Assembly (NCBI GenBank): GCA_964508365.1 | Contig: CAZDTP010000012.1 | Location: 9,573-73,572 of the forward strand | DNA from: an uncultured archaeon | GTDB lineage: Archaea; Asgardarchaeota; Lokiarchaeia; Sigyniarchaeales; SOKP01 | DNA: 64,000 bases | Reading direction: 5' to 3' | Part shown: positions 38,946 to 48,235 of the stretch, piece by piece | How positions within the stretch are numbered: position 1 is the stretch's first letter | Layout: the number at the start of each line of letters is the position of its first letter | Notes under the pieces: model-generated | The model's input: the letters and a program-made list of their open reading frames with translations, nothing else | Databases searched by the model: none | What the model was told of the DNA's origin: nothing | Made by a program: the position numbers and the translations under genes

Positions 38946-39173
38946 TTTTTATTTCGCACTCTTTTGTGATTAAAAATGATTTTTTTTAGATTATCGTTGA
39001 GTTATCTTAATTATTAGCAGTATAAAAAGTTGAGTGAACTAATTATTATTATAAAATGATTAGAGATTTTTAGGAAAAGGGAAGGAACTTAATATTACAA
39101 GTTGTAAAAGCATACCTTCAGCTTATTTTTGATTGAAATAAGCTTTAAATACATCGGATTTATTTTTCATATT

Positions 39174-39908
39174 ATGAACGAGTTTAGAGACAATTTTGGG
39201 GATGGATTCCAACAGAAGTCTAAATACATTAGGAATAAGTTACCTCGACACGCTTTAGATTGGTCAAGAAAGCCAAAGACATTTAAAACTTATCCTGATG
39301 CTGTTAAAAAGATCAATCTACCTGACCCGAAATTTGACGAAACAATCCAATTCTGGAGCGTAATTAAAAATAGACATTCGACTAGAAAATTCACCGAAGA
39401 ACCTTTAACTTTGATGGAAATTAGCCTACTATTATTTGGAATGTCTGGTTTAAATAGAATTTTTCCACAATTTTCGTTTAGAACAGTACCCTCAGCTGGA
39501 GGTTTGTATCCAATTGAAATTTATCCAGTTGTCAATAGCGTAACGAATTTACAAGAAGGATTGTATCACTACGATATTCAGAACCATTCAATAGAGCTAT
39601 TAAAAGAAGGAGATTTTCGAAGAAAAGTAGCAGAAGGGTGTCTTGATCAAAACATAGCATACAACTCCGCTGTAAACTTCATTTGGACAGCTATGATTGA
39701 GCGATCTCAATGGAAATATCTTCAAAGATGTTACAGATACATTTATTTAGATGCGGGGCATATTGGTCAAAACTTTTACCTAGTAGCAGAAGCTCTCAAT
39801 CTGGGCGCATGTACGATAGGAGCTATATATGACGATGAGTTAAATCAATTTCTCGAAATCGATGGAATAAATGAAACTACTATATATGTTGGAGTCGTAG
39901 GTAAATAG
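39174..39908 (+). CDS. SagB/ThcOx family (nitroreductase-like) dehydrogenase
   Basis: RHSTRKF, RTVPSAGGLYPIEIY, GLYHYD, YRYIYLDAGHIGQN, LGACTIGA; ORF track starts at TTG 39129. Confidence 0.92.
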   Translation: MNEFRDNFGDGFQQKSKYIRNKLPRHALDWSRKPKTFKTYPDAVKKINLPDPKFDETIQFWSVIKNRHSTRKFTEEPLTLMEISLLLFGMSGLNRIFPQFSFRTVPSAGGLYPIEIYPVVNSVTNLQEGLYHYDIQNHSIELLKEGDFRRKVAEGCLDQNIAYNSAVNFIWTAMIERSQWKYLQRCYRYIYLDAGHIGQNFYLVAEALNLGACTIGAIYDDELNQFLEIDGINETTIYVGVVGK

Positions 39909-39953
39909 AATAAATTAATTAAAAATAAAAAAAAGGATTAAGTTAAGGTTATT

Positions 39954-40160
39954 TTACTTTCTAAGCTTATTTCGTTTACTTAGAACTAAAGTTAATACGC
40001 CTGTAATTATAAGCATTGTTGAAATTAGAGATATTAATTCATAACCGCGTATCCCTACCAAAGAAGGCTTGGGCTCAGGAGGGCTAGGAGGTATCTCGAC
40101 TGTGATTTCGATACAATTTGATAAAGCTTTTCCGTAACATCCATCTCCTAAGAAGCTCAT
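39954..40160 (-). pseudogene. Orphan C-terminal anchor of a surface protein (Pro linker, GIRGY, TM, basic tail)
   Basis: 68 aa ...SNCIEITVEIPPSPPEPKPSLVGIRGYELISLISTMLIITGVLTLVLSKRNKLRK; no signal peptide or ectodomain. Confidence 0.6.
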
Positions 40161-40245
40161 CGAAATAGAATTGTATTATTAATATTTAACATGATATAAA
40201 TAGAATGATGACTTCATTAGATTATATATTGGAGGGTATAAAGTT

Positions 40246-41619
40246 ATGAATGAAACTAGCAAGTTTTCAAAGATAACAGAGAGATTAAGCAAATTATTTC
40301 ATAAAATATTTGAACCAAGTCATATTTTTTATACAATTACATTTTTTATTGTAGTTATAATGATTTCTTTACTTAGTTTTATCGCAAATCCAATTATTGG
40401 AAATGTGTTACTATTTATTGCATCAACTTTCTCATTAGCATTTATATTTTTAATGATTTTTGGAGTAGTTCCAAAAATGAAATCATTTTTATTTTCACCT
40501 GATAAAAAATTTGATCGAAAGAAGATTTTAAGTTTAATAATCGCATTTGGAATTAGCGTAGTTATCATGGCAATATACTTTATTTTTACTTCTCTTCCTG
40601 GATTCCCGATTCAATTCTTAAGATGGGATTACATTCTTCCATATTTTGTTGTTGTTATATATTTTGGTTGGAATGTAATTCAAATATTTTTTATTAGAAC
40701 AGGATTTGAACAATATTCTATAAAAGCTGACGGTTGGATATTGAAAGATAAAGAAGATTTTAAGCAGAATCTCTTCTTAAGCTCGATATTTCTAATTTTA
40801 GCCTTAGCAGTACCTGTTTTAATCCAATTAGGCACATATTTTGGATTTATTGATTATTTTCAGGCTGATCCGGGTAATTTTTTAGATCCATTGTTATGGT
40901 TTAATGGTTGGAATATTGTTATGTTTGTAGTTATTGCTGTTACATCTTGGCGTTTAATTACTATATTCATTAAAAGCAAAAGAAATGAAACTCCAAATGT
41001 ATTTTCATCAATATTTTACATTTTAATTTGGATTATAATTTGGTATAGATCCTTTAGTTTTATAAATTCGTTTAGAAGCGTGACTCAAGCTGTTGGAATT
41101 GATATTTTCAGAATATTAATGGATGTTCTTTTAATGATCTTTACTGCGATAATGGTTTTAAGAGGATTAGGAGCAAAAGTTACTAGGCTAAGAATTTTAA
41201 ATGAAGACAATTTAGCTTTTTTACTTTTTGCTTTTACCATTTTATATATTGAAGGCCAAATTGTTATGATAACTGGAGCTGGTGCATTAACAGGATCTTT
41301 TACTGATAGAAAACAGATAAGTATGCTAAATAACTTTTTGATTTTAATAGTGACTATAAGCTTTTACTGGTGGTATTCAGAATATACATTAGAAAGAAAA
41401 GGTCTAATTCTTAGGAAAGCCTTTAAACCAGAGGAAGTTATCGTTGTTGTTAGAGATTTTAAACAATACTTAATTAATAGTGGTGCTTTAGGCTCAGATA
41501 AAATAAGTGAAATGGAATTCCAGAACTTTCTCAGAAAAGAAAAGTTAAACATTGAAGAAAAAAAGGTATCTGAAAATAATACACTCGACAATCTAACTAA
41601 AAATAAGACTGATATTTAG
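40246..41619 (+). CDS. Polytopic membrane protein of unknown function
   Basis: 457 aa, about 10 TM helices, charged C-terminal tail. Confidence 0.75.
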   Translation: MNETSKFSKITERLSKLFHKIFEPSHIFYTITFFIVVIMISLLSFIANPIIGNVLLFIASTFSLAFIFLMIFGVVPKMKSFLFSPDKKFDRKKILSLIIAFGISVVIMAIYFIFTSLPGFPIQFLRWDYILPYFVVVIYFGWNVIQIFFIRTGFEQYSIKADGWILKDKEDFKQNLFLSSIFLILALAVPVLIQLGTYFGFIDYFQADPGNFLDPLLWFNGWNIVMFVVIAVTSWRLITIFIKSKRNETPNVFSSIFYILIWIIIWYRSFSFINSFRSVTQAVGIDIFRILMDVLLMIFTAIMVLRGLGAKVTRLRILNEDNLAFLLFAFTILYIEGQIVMITGAGALTGSFTDRKQISMLNNFLILIVTISFYWWYSEYTLERKGLILRKAFKPEEVIVVVRDFKQYLINSGALGSDKISEMEFQNFLRKEKLNIEEKKVSENNTLDNLTKNKTDI

Positions 41620-41629
41620 TTTTATTTAA

Positions 41630-42859
41630 TTATTTAGTATTTTCGTAATTTTTAAGAATTGCATCAATACATTCGTTTGAATATATTATCTCGTTGAAAA
41701 TTTTAATTAATAATTTTATAATCGCTCTTGGATTACCTTCAGCTCTTTCAAATATATTCTTTAAAATACGCTTATTTAAGGGGTAATAAGGATTTTGGAA
41801 CGCATTGGCAAATTCGCTAGTATTAATGCTTTCATAGAACTTACTCATTGTACTACTATATAACTCGTAAACATCTTCTTCTTTGAATTCCAAAAGATAA
41901 AACGGTTCCATTATAAATGATAACAGTTCGGGGATTTTTTCACTATATTTTTTCCTAATATCTACTAGAGATTCCTTCGATTTCAAGGTGAAAATAATAC
42001 GCAAACCCTTAATATTTTGAAGTTGAACTATTTTATCAAATAGTTTATCAGCAGCAATATCATTTGGAGTCACTTCGGTTCCATATAACCAGCTAGGATC
42101 GAAAATCTCTTCAGCTCGTTCAGATTGAGGGCTTGTAATTGAAATTATCTTTTCAAAATCGTCTATAAATAGAATTGTTCCCGATTTAGAGTTTTCAATA
42201 AGAAGTTTTAGCATTAAATAGGCGTTTTTCCCTTTGCGAAGATCGTGAATGAGATTTAATGTTGATAATTCCTTCGCATCCATTATTTCGCCGAGTAACC
42301 ATCTCTCTGCCTCGATTTTCCTATAAGGGTCTAATTGATGGATTGTAATTCCATTTATCACATCTTTTAACGTTTCAGGTTCTACTTCTTTATATTTATT
42401 TGATAGCTGTTCGAAGGCGTATTTTTGCACTTTTTCGATATCCACAACATGAAAGAATCCAAATTTTCGTTCTAATGCACCCCATTTGTCACACAATTGA
42501 TTTACGATAAATTTCAAGGGTTCCATTTCAAGATTTTCTATAAATTCGGAATAAATATTAGAAAAAAGTTTTTTATAGACATATTCAAGCGAAATATAAA
42601 TACTATTATAATAATAAAGATTATTTCTTAAAGCCCAAAATAGGTGTGTTTTTCCAGACCCTACACCTCCAATGATAGGCAGAACGAAGTTAGTCTCATT
42701 TTCTACTAGTTCTTTAATTTTTTGAATTAAATTTATTCTCGAATTAACTAAATCGATATCCTCCTTAATCTCACCAGTACTAACAAATTTTTTAAAAGGG
42801 TTATTCCCCCATTTGATTATGTTGAGTAATAATTCTTTTCTGTTTTCGTATAGTATCAT
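41630..42859 (-). CDS. P-loop NTPase (AAA+-like)
   Basis: Walker A GGVGSGKT, Walker B ILFIDD, C-terminal GNPRAIIK. Confidence 0.8.
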   Translation of the reverse strand: MILYENRKELLLNIIKWGNNPFKKFVSTGEIKEDIDLVNSRINLIQKIKELVENETNFVLPIIGGVGSGKTHLFWALRNNLYYYNSIYISLEYVYKKLFSNIYSEFIENLEMEPLKFIVNQLCDKWGALERKFGFFHVVDIEKVQKYAFEQLSNKYKEVEPETLKDVINGITIHQLDPYRKIEAERWLLGEIMDAKELSTLNLIHDLRKGKNAYLMLKLLIENSKSGTILFIDDFEKIISITSPQSERAEEIFDPSWLYGTEVTPNDIAADKLFDKIVQLQNIKGLRIIFTLKSKESLVDIRKKYSEKIPELLSFIMEPFYLLEFKEEDVYELYSSTMSKFYESINTSEFANAFQNPYYPLNKRILKNIFERAEGNPRAIIKLLIKIFNEIIYSNECIDAILKNYENTK

Positions 42860-42873
42860 GTTTACAAAAAAAC

Positions 42874-43521
42874 TTATAGCTTTAATTCTTCAATCCCGAG
42901 TATTATAATATATTTCACATCAGTTAACGATTTTTTAACATTTATATACGGCTCAAAAGAAACGAGAAGATCTCCATTCTCATCGCGTCCTACGATCAAA
43001 CAATCGTAAAATACCGGATCAATTCTCTCATCAATTACTACTCTATCAGCTATGATGACTCCATTTCCTACTAATGACACCGGATTCCTGAGCATTTCTT
43101 CTCTAAAAAATTCTAGATGATTGATTCCATATTCTTCATCGTTTAAATACAGGGCGGCAGTGTTTAACTTGTTTAAAGTGTAAGGAAAAGCGTCAGAGAA
43201 CTGACCTTCATCGTAAACTTGCATTATATCTTCTGATATTAGAATTGAATATTCAATCGACTCAAAATCCTCGTACCACTGCGCCTCTATCTTTCTAGAA
43301 AATGCTAACTTTTTATTATAAATTAATTCGAATCCTACTCTAAGGCCATTAGTAATGAAAATACCCTCTGAAGCAGTTATTTTTAAGTTGTCTGAGAAAA
43401 TAATAGAATCGTTCTCATCCTTGCATCGAGTAATTATCGATCCTTGGAACTCTCCTTCTAAATTTATGCCTTTTGTAGAATCGAATATAATAATGTTATC
43501 GCTATTATTCATAATTAGCAT
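42874..43521 (-). CDS. Hypothetical protein, co-oriented with the NTPase (14-bp gap)
   Basis: 215 aa acidic ORF with host-like codon use. Confidence 0.7.
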   Translation of the reverse strand: MLIMNNSDNIIIFDSTKGINLEGEFQGSIITRCKDENDSIIFSDNLKITASEGIFITNGLRVGFELIYNKKLAFSRKIEAQWYEDFESIEYSILISEDIMQVYDEGQFSDAFPYTLNKLNTAALYLNDEEYGINHLEFFREEMLRNPVSLVGNGVIIADRVVIDERIDPVFYDCLIVGRDENGDLLVSFEPYINVKKSLTDVKYIIILGIEELKL

Positions 43522-43598
43522 TGAATCAAGTTTGCTTTCCCTTAATACTAAAGATAGGATTGTATATATAAGTATAAGTATAATACTATATAATTAGT

Positions 43599-44843
43599 AT
43601 GGGTTCAATTAGTCTATCCAATAAAATATGTGAACTGTCAAAGGAAGATTTACTTCAGAGAGCAAAAAAATATATCTTTTCTTCGGGATTGAATGATGGC
43701 GCTTCGAAATTGTGCAAAGCAAATATGAAATATGGCTTAGCTCAATTCCATCTTATTCAAGAGAAATATGGTTTTGAACCTAAAGCAACCTTTATTTCAT
43801 CCCCTGATGAAACGATTTCAAGAAATAATTTCCGTTGGAATTCTGGATTAGGATATGGTGGAAGATTAAATTGGGGAAATGGGGATGATAAATTAATATT
43901 TCTAAACATTAAGCCTAATTGTTGTGGATTACTAGTCGGAGGATTAGAAGAGTTACCTGATCCTTACGATATCATAAAAAAAATTGACAATGTAAAGAGT
44001 ACCGAATTATATTACGATAACATTCAACTCAATTGGGATTATGACATTTCTAATCATTTTATTAATTGTTTTAAAATGAAAAACCTATCTGATACCAACT
44101 TTCCTCCTTATATGTTCATGATTCATGGATCCGCCCCGGAATTTCGCGACGATAAGCATGGAATTGGTTTGTACATTGATATTTCGAAGACATTAAAAGA
44201 ACTTGCTATTGAAGAACAAACGATGTTTGGAAAGCAATATATTTTATTAGACTCTGATGCGAGAGAATATCTTGAATTTAATAAAAAAGCACTTCTTTTT
44301 TCGAATAAGAAGAGAGAAATGATAGCTCGCAATATTTTTAATCCTGATTACAAAATAATATGTAATACTCCACACCAATTCTTAAAAGATTTTAATAATA
44401 TGTATTTAGGGAGTAATTGCACTGATATTAATACTAATACTCATCAAACTAATATTTTCCCTACTGCCCTTCGAGCTGATTTAGCTTGTTATCTCTTTCG
44501 AGGTAAAAAAAGTTTTTCAAGAACGGCACTTGTAAACAACAACTTCTTTGCAAGAGCCGAAGATTTAGAGCTTCTAAACTTACTGAGCAATGCGGATATA
44601 CTGCCCCACGGTGGAGGTTATATGCTACCTGATATAAAGAGAGTTCAGAAAGTTTTGGAATACAAATATCAAAGATATTTTGCATGCGAACTAGTAAAAG
44701 ACCAAAAAAAATTAAAAATTGTGAGAAATGTAAAGGAGTTACAATTCGAATACAGAGGACGAGATGTTATACTCAAATCGATTCAGTTAGAACTTGGCGA
44801 AGTTATAGCCCGATTAAATCCAATTTTTTCTTTGAAGTTATAA
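43599..44843 (+). CDS. Divergent RtcB-fold protein (RNA ligase-like)
   Basis: Colinear motifs SPD..., GLGYGG, PNCCG, SNHFI, MIHGS, PHQ, LPHGGG, VIARLNP..SLK. Confidence 0.7.
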   Translation: MGSISLSNKICELSKEDLLQRAKKYIFSSGLNDGASKLCKANMKYGLAQFHLIQEKYGFEPKATFISSPDETISRNNFRWNSGLGYGGRLNWGNGDDKLIFLNIKPNCCGLLVGGLEELPDPYDIIKKIDNVKSTELYYDNIQLNWDYDISNHFINCFKMKNLSDTNFPPYMFMIHGSAPEFRDDKHGIGLYIDISKTLKELAIEEQTMFGKQYILLDSDAREYLEFNKKALLFSNKKREMIARNIFNPDYKIICNTPHQFLKDFNNMYLGSNCTDINTNTHQTNIFPTALRADLACYLFRGKKSFSRTALVNNNFFARAEDLELLNLLSNADILPHGGGYMLPDIKRVQKVLEYKYQRYFACELVKDQKKLKIVRNVKELQFEYRGRDVILKSIQLELGEVIARLNPIFSLKL

Positions 44844-44844
44844 A

Positions 44845-46896
44845 TTATTCTACTTTTGCGCCTGAGGGGATTTCTTTATCAGGTGTTAATACAGATACGA
44901 TATCTCCATCAACAGCAGCAAGAAGCATACCTTCGCTTAGAATCCCTTTAAGTTTTCTCGGTTCCAAGTTTGCAAGTATTGCGATTTTTTTACCTTTTAG
45001 TTCGTCTGCTTTATATTGTTCAGCTAAACCCGCAACTAATGTCCTCTTTTCGCCTCCTAAAGCAATAGATAGTTTATATAATTTGTCAGCTTTCGGAACC
45101 TTTTCTACATTCTCAATGAGTGCTACTCGTATATCGAGCTTCTTAAATTCTTCGTAGGAAACCAATTCTTTACCACCTTTTTTAGGTTTTTCTTCTTTTA
45201 AGTTTTTATATTCTTTTTTAATTTCCTCAATCTCTAATTTTTGAAAAAGAGGTTGAGGTTTCTTGATTTTCTGTCCTGCTTTTAATGCGTTACTATTGAT
45301 ACTATCCCATGACAATTCGCTTAATTTTGGAGCATTTAAAGAAGAGAGAATCTTTTCAGAAGTATTTGGTATAAATGGACCTAATAGAATAGCTAACGCA
45401 TACACTGCTTGAGCACATATATTAAATACATGTCCGGCAGCTTTTTTATCTTCTTTGATCAAATGCCAAGGGGCTCTTTCATTCAAAAATATATTCCCCT
45501 CTTTTCCAAAATTGACGATATCTCTTATTGCTTTTCTTATTTTAAAGTTTAGTAAACTTTCTCCCACCTGTAAGCTTATTGTATTTATTTTCTCTATAAA
45601 CTTTCTATCGGGTTCAATAGATTCTACTTTCTCGGGAATAATATTATTAAATTGCTTTTCAATAAATGTTAACGTACGATGGATGAAATTACCAATATTA
45701 TCATTAAGAGTTTTTATATTATTTTCAAATTCGGACCATAAAAACGATGTATCACTAGTTTCTGGGCGATTAAATAACAAATTAAATCTCCAATAATCAA
45801 GAGGAGCTAATTTTAGCGCCTCATCAATCCATATCCCAATTCCTCTAGATTTAGAAAGTTTCTCATTCTCATACAATAACCATTCTGTTGAGGAGACATT
45901 ATATGGTAACACAAGTTTTTCACTATCTCCTTTATCTTCGTTATATGCAATTAACAAACCTGGAAAAACTATTAAGTGAAATATAATGTTATCCTTCCCG
46001 ATAAAAAACACTGTTTTCGTATTAGGATCTTTCCAAAAGGAATTAAATCTACCAGGTTCTTTGATTATTTTATCTGCCCATTCTTTCACTGCGGTGATAT
46101 ATCCCAATACAGCTTCAAACCATACATAAATCGTCTTATGTTCAGCACCTTTGAAAGGTGCAGGAATCCCCCATTCAAGATCTCGTGTAATTGCTCGTTC
46201 TGGTAATCCCTCTTCAATACTATTTAAGCACATTTTTCGTGCATTAGGGGGGATTATTTCATTTTCATCAATCAATTTTTTCAATCGGTCTTGTAATTTA
46301 GGTAAATTCAAGTACCAGTGTTTTGTTTTCTTATTTACAGGCGTGTTTCCACATATTGCACATCTTGGTTTTATCAATTCTAATGGTGTGAGGATTTTTT
46401 GGCACTTATCACACTGATCTCCTCTGGCGCCATCATCTTTGCAGTTAGGACAAGTACCTTCTACAAATCTATCAGGCAAGAACAAGTTATCATTTTCACA
46501 ATAGAGAGATTCAATTTCTTTTTCTTTTACATATCCATTTTTTTGAATATCCAAATACATCTTTTTTACATATTCAATATGAGTAGGATTATGAGTTATT
46601 GTATAATTATCAAAAGAGATCTGCCATTTCTCGTGTAATTCTTTAATAATATTATGATATTTCAAAGCTAATTCTTTGGCAGGAACTTTAGATCTTTTTG
46701 CTTCCACAGAAATGGGCGTTCCATGAGAATCCGATCCTGAAACAAAAACCACATCTTCACCCTTCATTCTCAAAAATCTTGCAAACACATCCGCTGATAG
46801 TGTACTTCCAATTAAATTGCCCAAATGTGGTGTAGCATTTACATAAGGCCATGCTGAAGTAATTACCCATTTATCTTTTTTAGTGTTGGACATCAT
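44845..46896 (-). CDS. metG: Methionyl-tRNA synthetase with C-terminal tRNA-binding domain
   Basis: TSAWPYVNATPHLGN, SGSDSHG, Zn knuckles, YVWFEA, GKDNIIFH, KLSKS, OB domain ANLEPRKLKG..SEGM. Confidence 0.97.
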   Translation of the reverse strand: MMSNTKKDKWVITSAWPYVNATPHLGNLIGSTLSADVFARFLRMKGEDVVFVSGSDSHGTPISVEAKRSKVPAKELALKYHNIIKELHEKWQISFDNYTITHNPTHIEYVKKMYLDIQKNGYVKEKEIESLYCENDNLFLPDRFVEGTCPNCKDDGARGDQCDKCQKILTPLELIKPRCAICGNTPVNKKTKHWYLNLPKLQDRLKKLIDENEIIPPNARKMCLNSIEEGLPERAITRDLEWGIPAPFKGAEHKTIYVWFEAVLGYITAVKEWADKIIKEPGRFNSFWKDPNTKTVFFIGKDNIIFHLIVFPGLLIAYNEDKGDSEKLVLPYNVSSTEWLLYENEKLSKSRGIGIWIDEALKLAPLDYWRFNLLFNRPETSDTSFLWSEFENNIKTLNDNIGNFIHRTLTFIEKQFNNIIPEKVESIEPDRKFIEKINTISLQVGESLLNFKIRKAIRDIVNFGKEGNIFLNERAPWHLIKEDKKAAGHVFNICAQAVYALAILLGPFIPNTSEKILSSLNAPKLSELSWDSINSNALKAGQKIKKPQPLFQKLEIEEIKKEYKNLKEEKPKKGGKELVSYEEFKKLDIRVALIENVEKVPKADKLYKLSIALGGEKRTLVAGLAEQYKADELKGKKIAILANLEPRKLKGILSEGMLLAAVDGDIVSVLTPDKEIPSGAKVE

Positions 46897-47022
46897 AGAA
46901 CTCCAAATTGGATTATACCAGTTTATTCTTAACTAACAATTACATTGATACTACTTTTAATGATTGTATAAGTAATTTACTTTCTTATTTCAACTTTATG
47001 AGAGAAATCTGATTACTAACAC

Positions 47023-48198
47023 TTATATGATTTGCGCTCCACAAGCTCTACAAGCTTTAATTTCAGAATGCATTTTCTTTAAACAAGGTTCGTGGTAATA
47101 CGCTCCACATTTTTGGCATTGAAATACCTGATAATCACCTAAAAAAATACTGTGGCAATAAGTACAAGATGAATTGATATCTTCAATATCATTTTCTGGA
47201 ATTGAAGCCATTTTAGTAGTGTTAATACCACTTTCATCGATTAATTTGATTTTTGGTTCTTCCTCAGTTTTCTCTTCTATTAACTTTGCTGCTGCCGATG
47301 GAAGTTCTAACAAAAAAAAACAAAATGGACATCTGAACACATTTTCTTTATATTCAGTTTTCTTTGCCCACATAGCCACACACGATAGGTGCATTGGTCG
47401 TTCACATGAAGGACAATATCGTCCTTCACTAAAAAAATCAGAACTCGTTATTGGTGCTTTTACGGAGTGACAGATTTGACATTTTTCTTGACCTCTCTCT
47501 CTACTGCTCATCATGAGCCTTATATCCAAAACGCTAGGTCTTCTCAGTTGTAGTGCTATTTCACTTATTAATGGCGCCAAGTCGCTTTTTTTGTCTGGAG
47601 AAAAATAATCTGTTGAAGTCTTAAGTTCTTTTTTTGATGCAAACGACATTCCAGCATTTAATAATGCTTTTGAATTGTTAAAGAATCCAAATTGCCCTCC
47701 AGTCAGTCTTACAATTTTCTTTAAGATGCTTTGAGAATAATCTTGGGTTTTCCCCAATTGACAAGCATCAATATAAATTCCCAAACCTTTAGCAACATCC
47801 ATTGTCTTTTGGATTTTTTCTTTATATTCCAATTTATTGTCTGATATAATAAAAATTCTACTGGTTTTACCTCCTAATTTTCGCATTTCACCAACTAGAA
47901 ATTGAATTGCAAAAGCTAATCCTTCATCAAGCAGACCATTACCAGAAACTTGGATTTTTTCTAAAGATTTAACCAATTGTTCTTCATCATTACTAAATGA
48001 AAAAAGTTTCTTGATCGTAGCACCAAAAGATAGAATTGCTATTCTATCCTTCGGGTCTAGTATAAATTTCTCGTGAATAAAGTTTTTTGCTGTTTCCAGT
48101 GCAGTTAATAGACGACTAGGTTTAAAATCTTTCCTAACCATAGATCTCGAAGAATCTATAAGAACTACGCAATCTTCTATTTTTATTAAATCTTGCAT
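47023..48198 (-). CDS. vWA domain protein with two C4HC3 RING-like zinc fingers (Ssl1/p44- or Rpn10-like vWA)
   Basis: IDSSRSMVRKDFKPSRL (MIDAS DxSxS); CQIC..CPSC..H.SC..CPFC and CTYC..CQKC..H.PC..CRAC. Confidence 0.8.
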   Translation of the reverse strand: MQDLIKIEDCVVLIDSSRSMVRKDFKPSRLLTALETAKNFIHEKFILDPKDRIAILSFGATIKKLFSFSNDEEQLVKSLEKIQVSGNGLLDEGLAFAIQFLVGEMRKLGGKTSRIFIISDNKLEYKEKIQKTMDVAKGLGIYIDACQLGKTQDYSQSILKKIVRLTGGQFGFFNNSKALLNAGMSFASKKELKTSTDYFSPDKKSDLAPLISEIALQLRRPSVLDIRLMMSSRERGQEKCQICHSVKAPITSSDFFSEGRYCPSCERPMHLSCVAMWAKKTEYKENVFRCPFCFFLLELPSAAAKLIEEKTEEEPKIKLIDESGINTTKMASIPENDIEDINSSCTYCHSIFLGDYQVFQCQKCGAYYHEPCLKKMHSEIKACRACGAQII

Positions 48199-48235
48199 TA
48201 TTAGAAAATTTGTTGATATTTTTATTTCAATTAAA

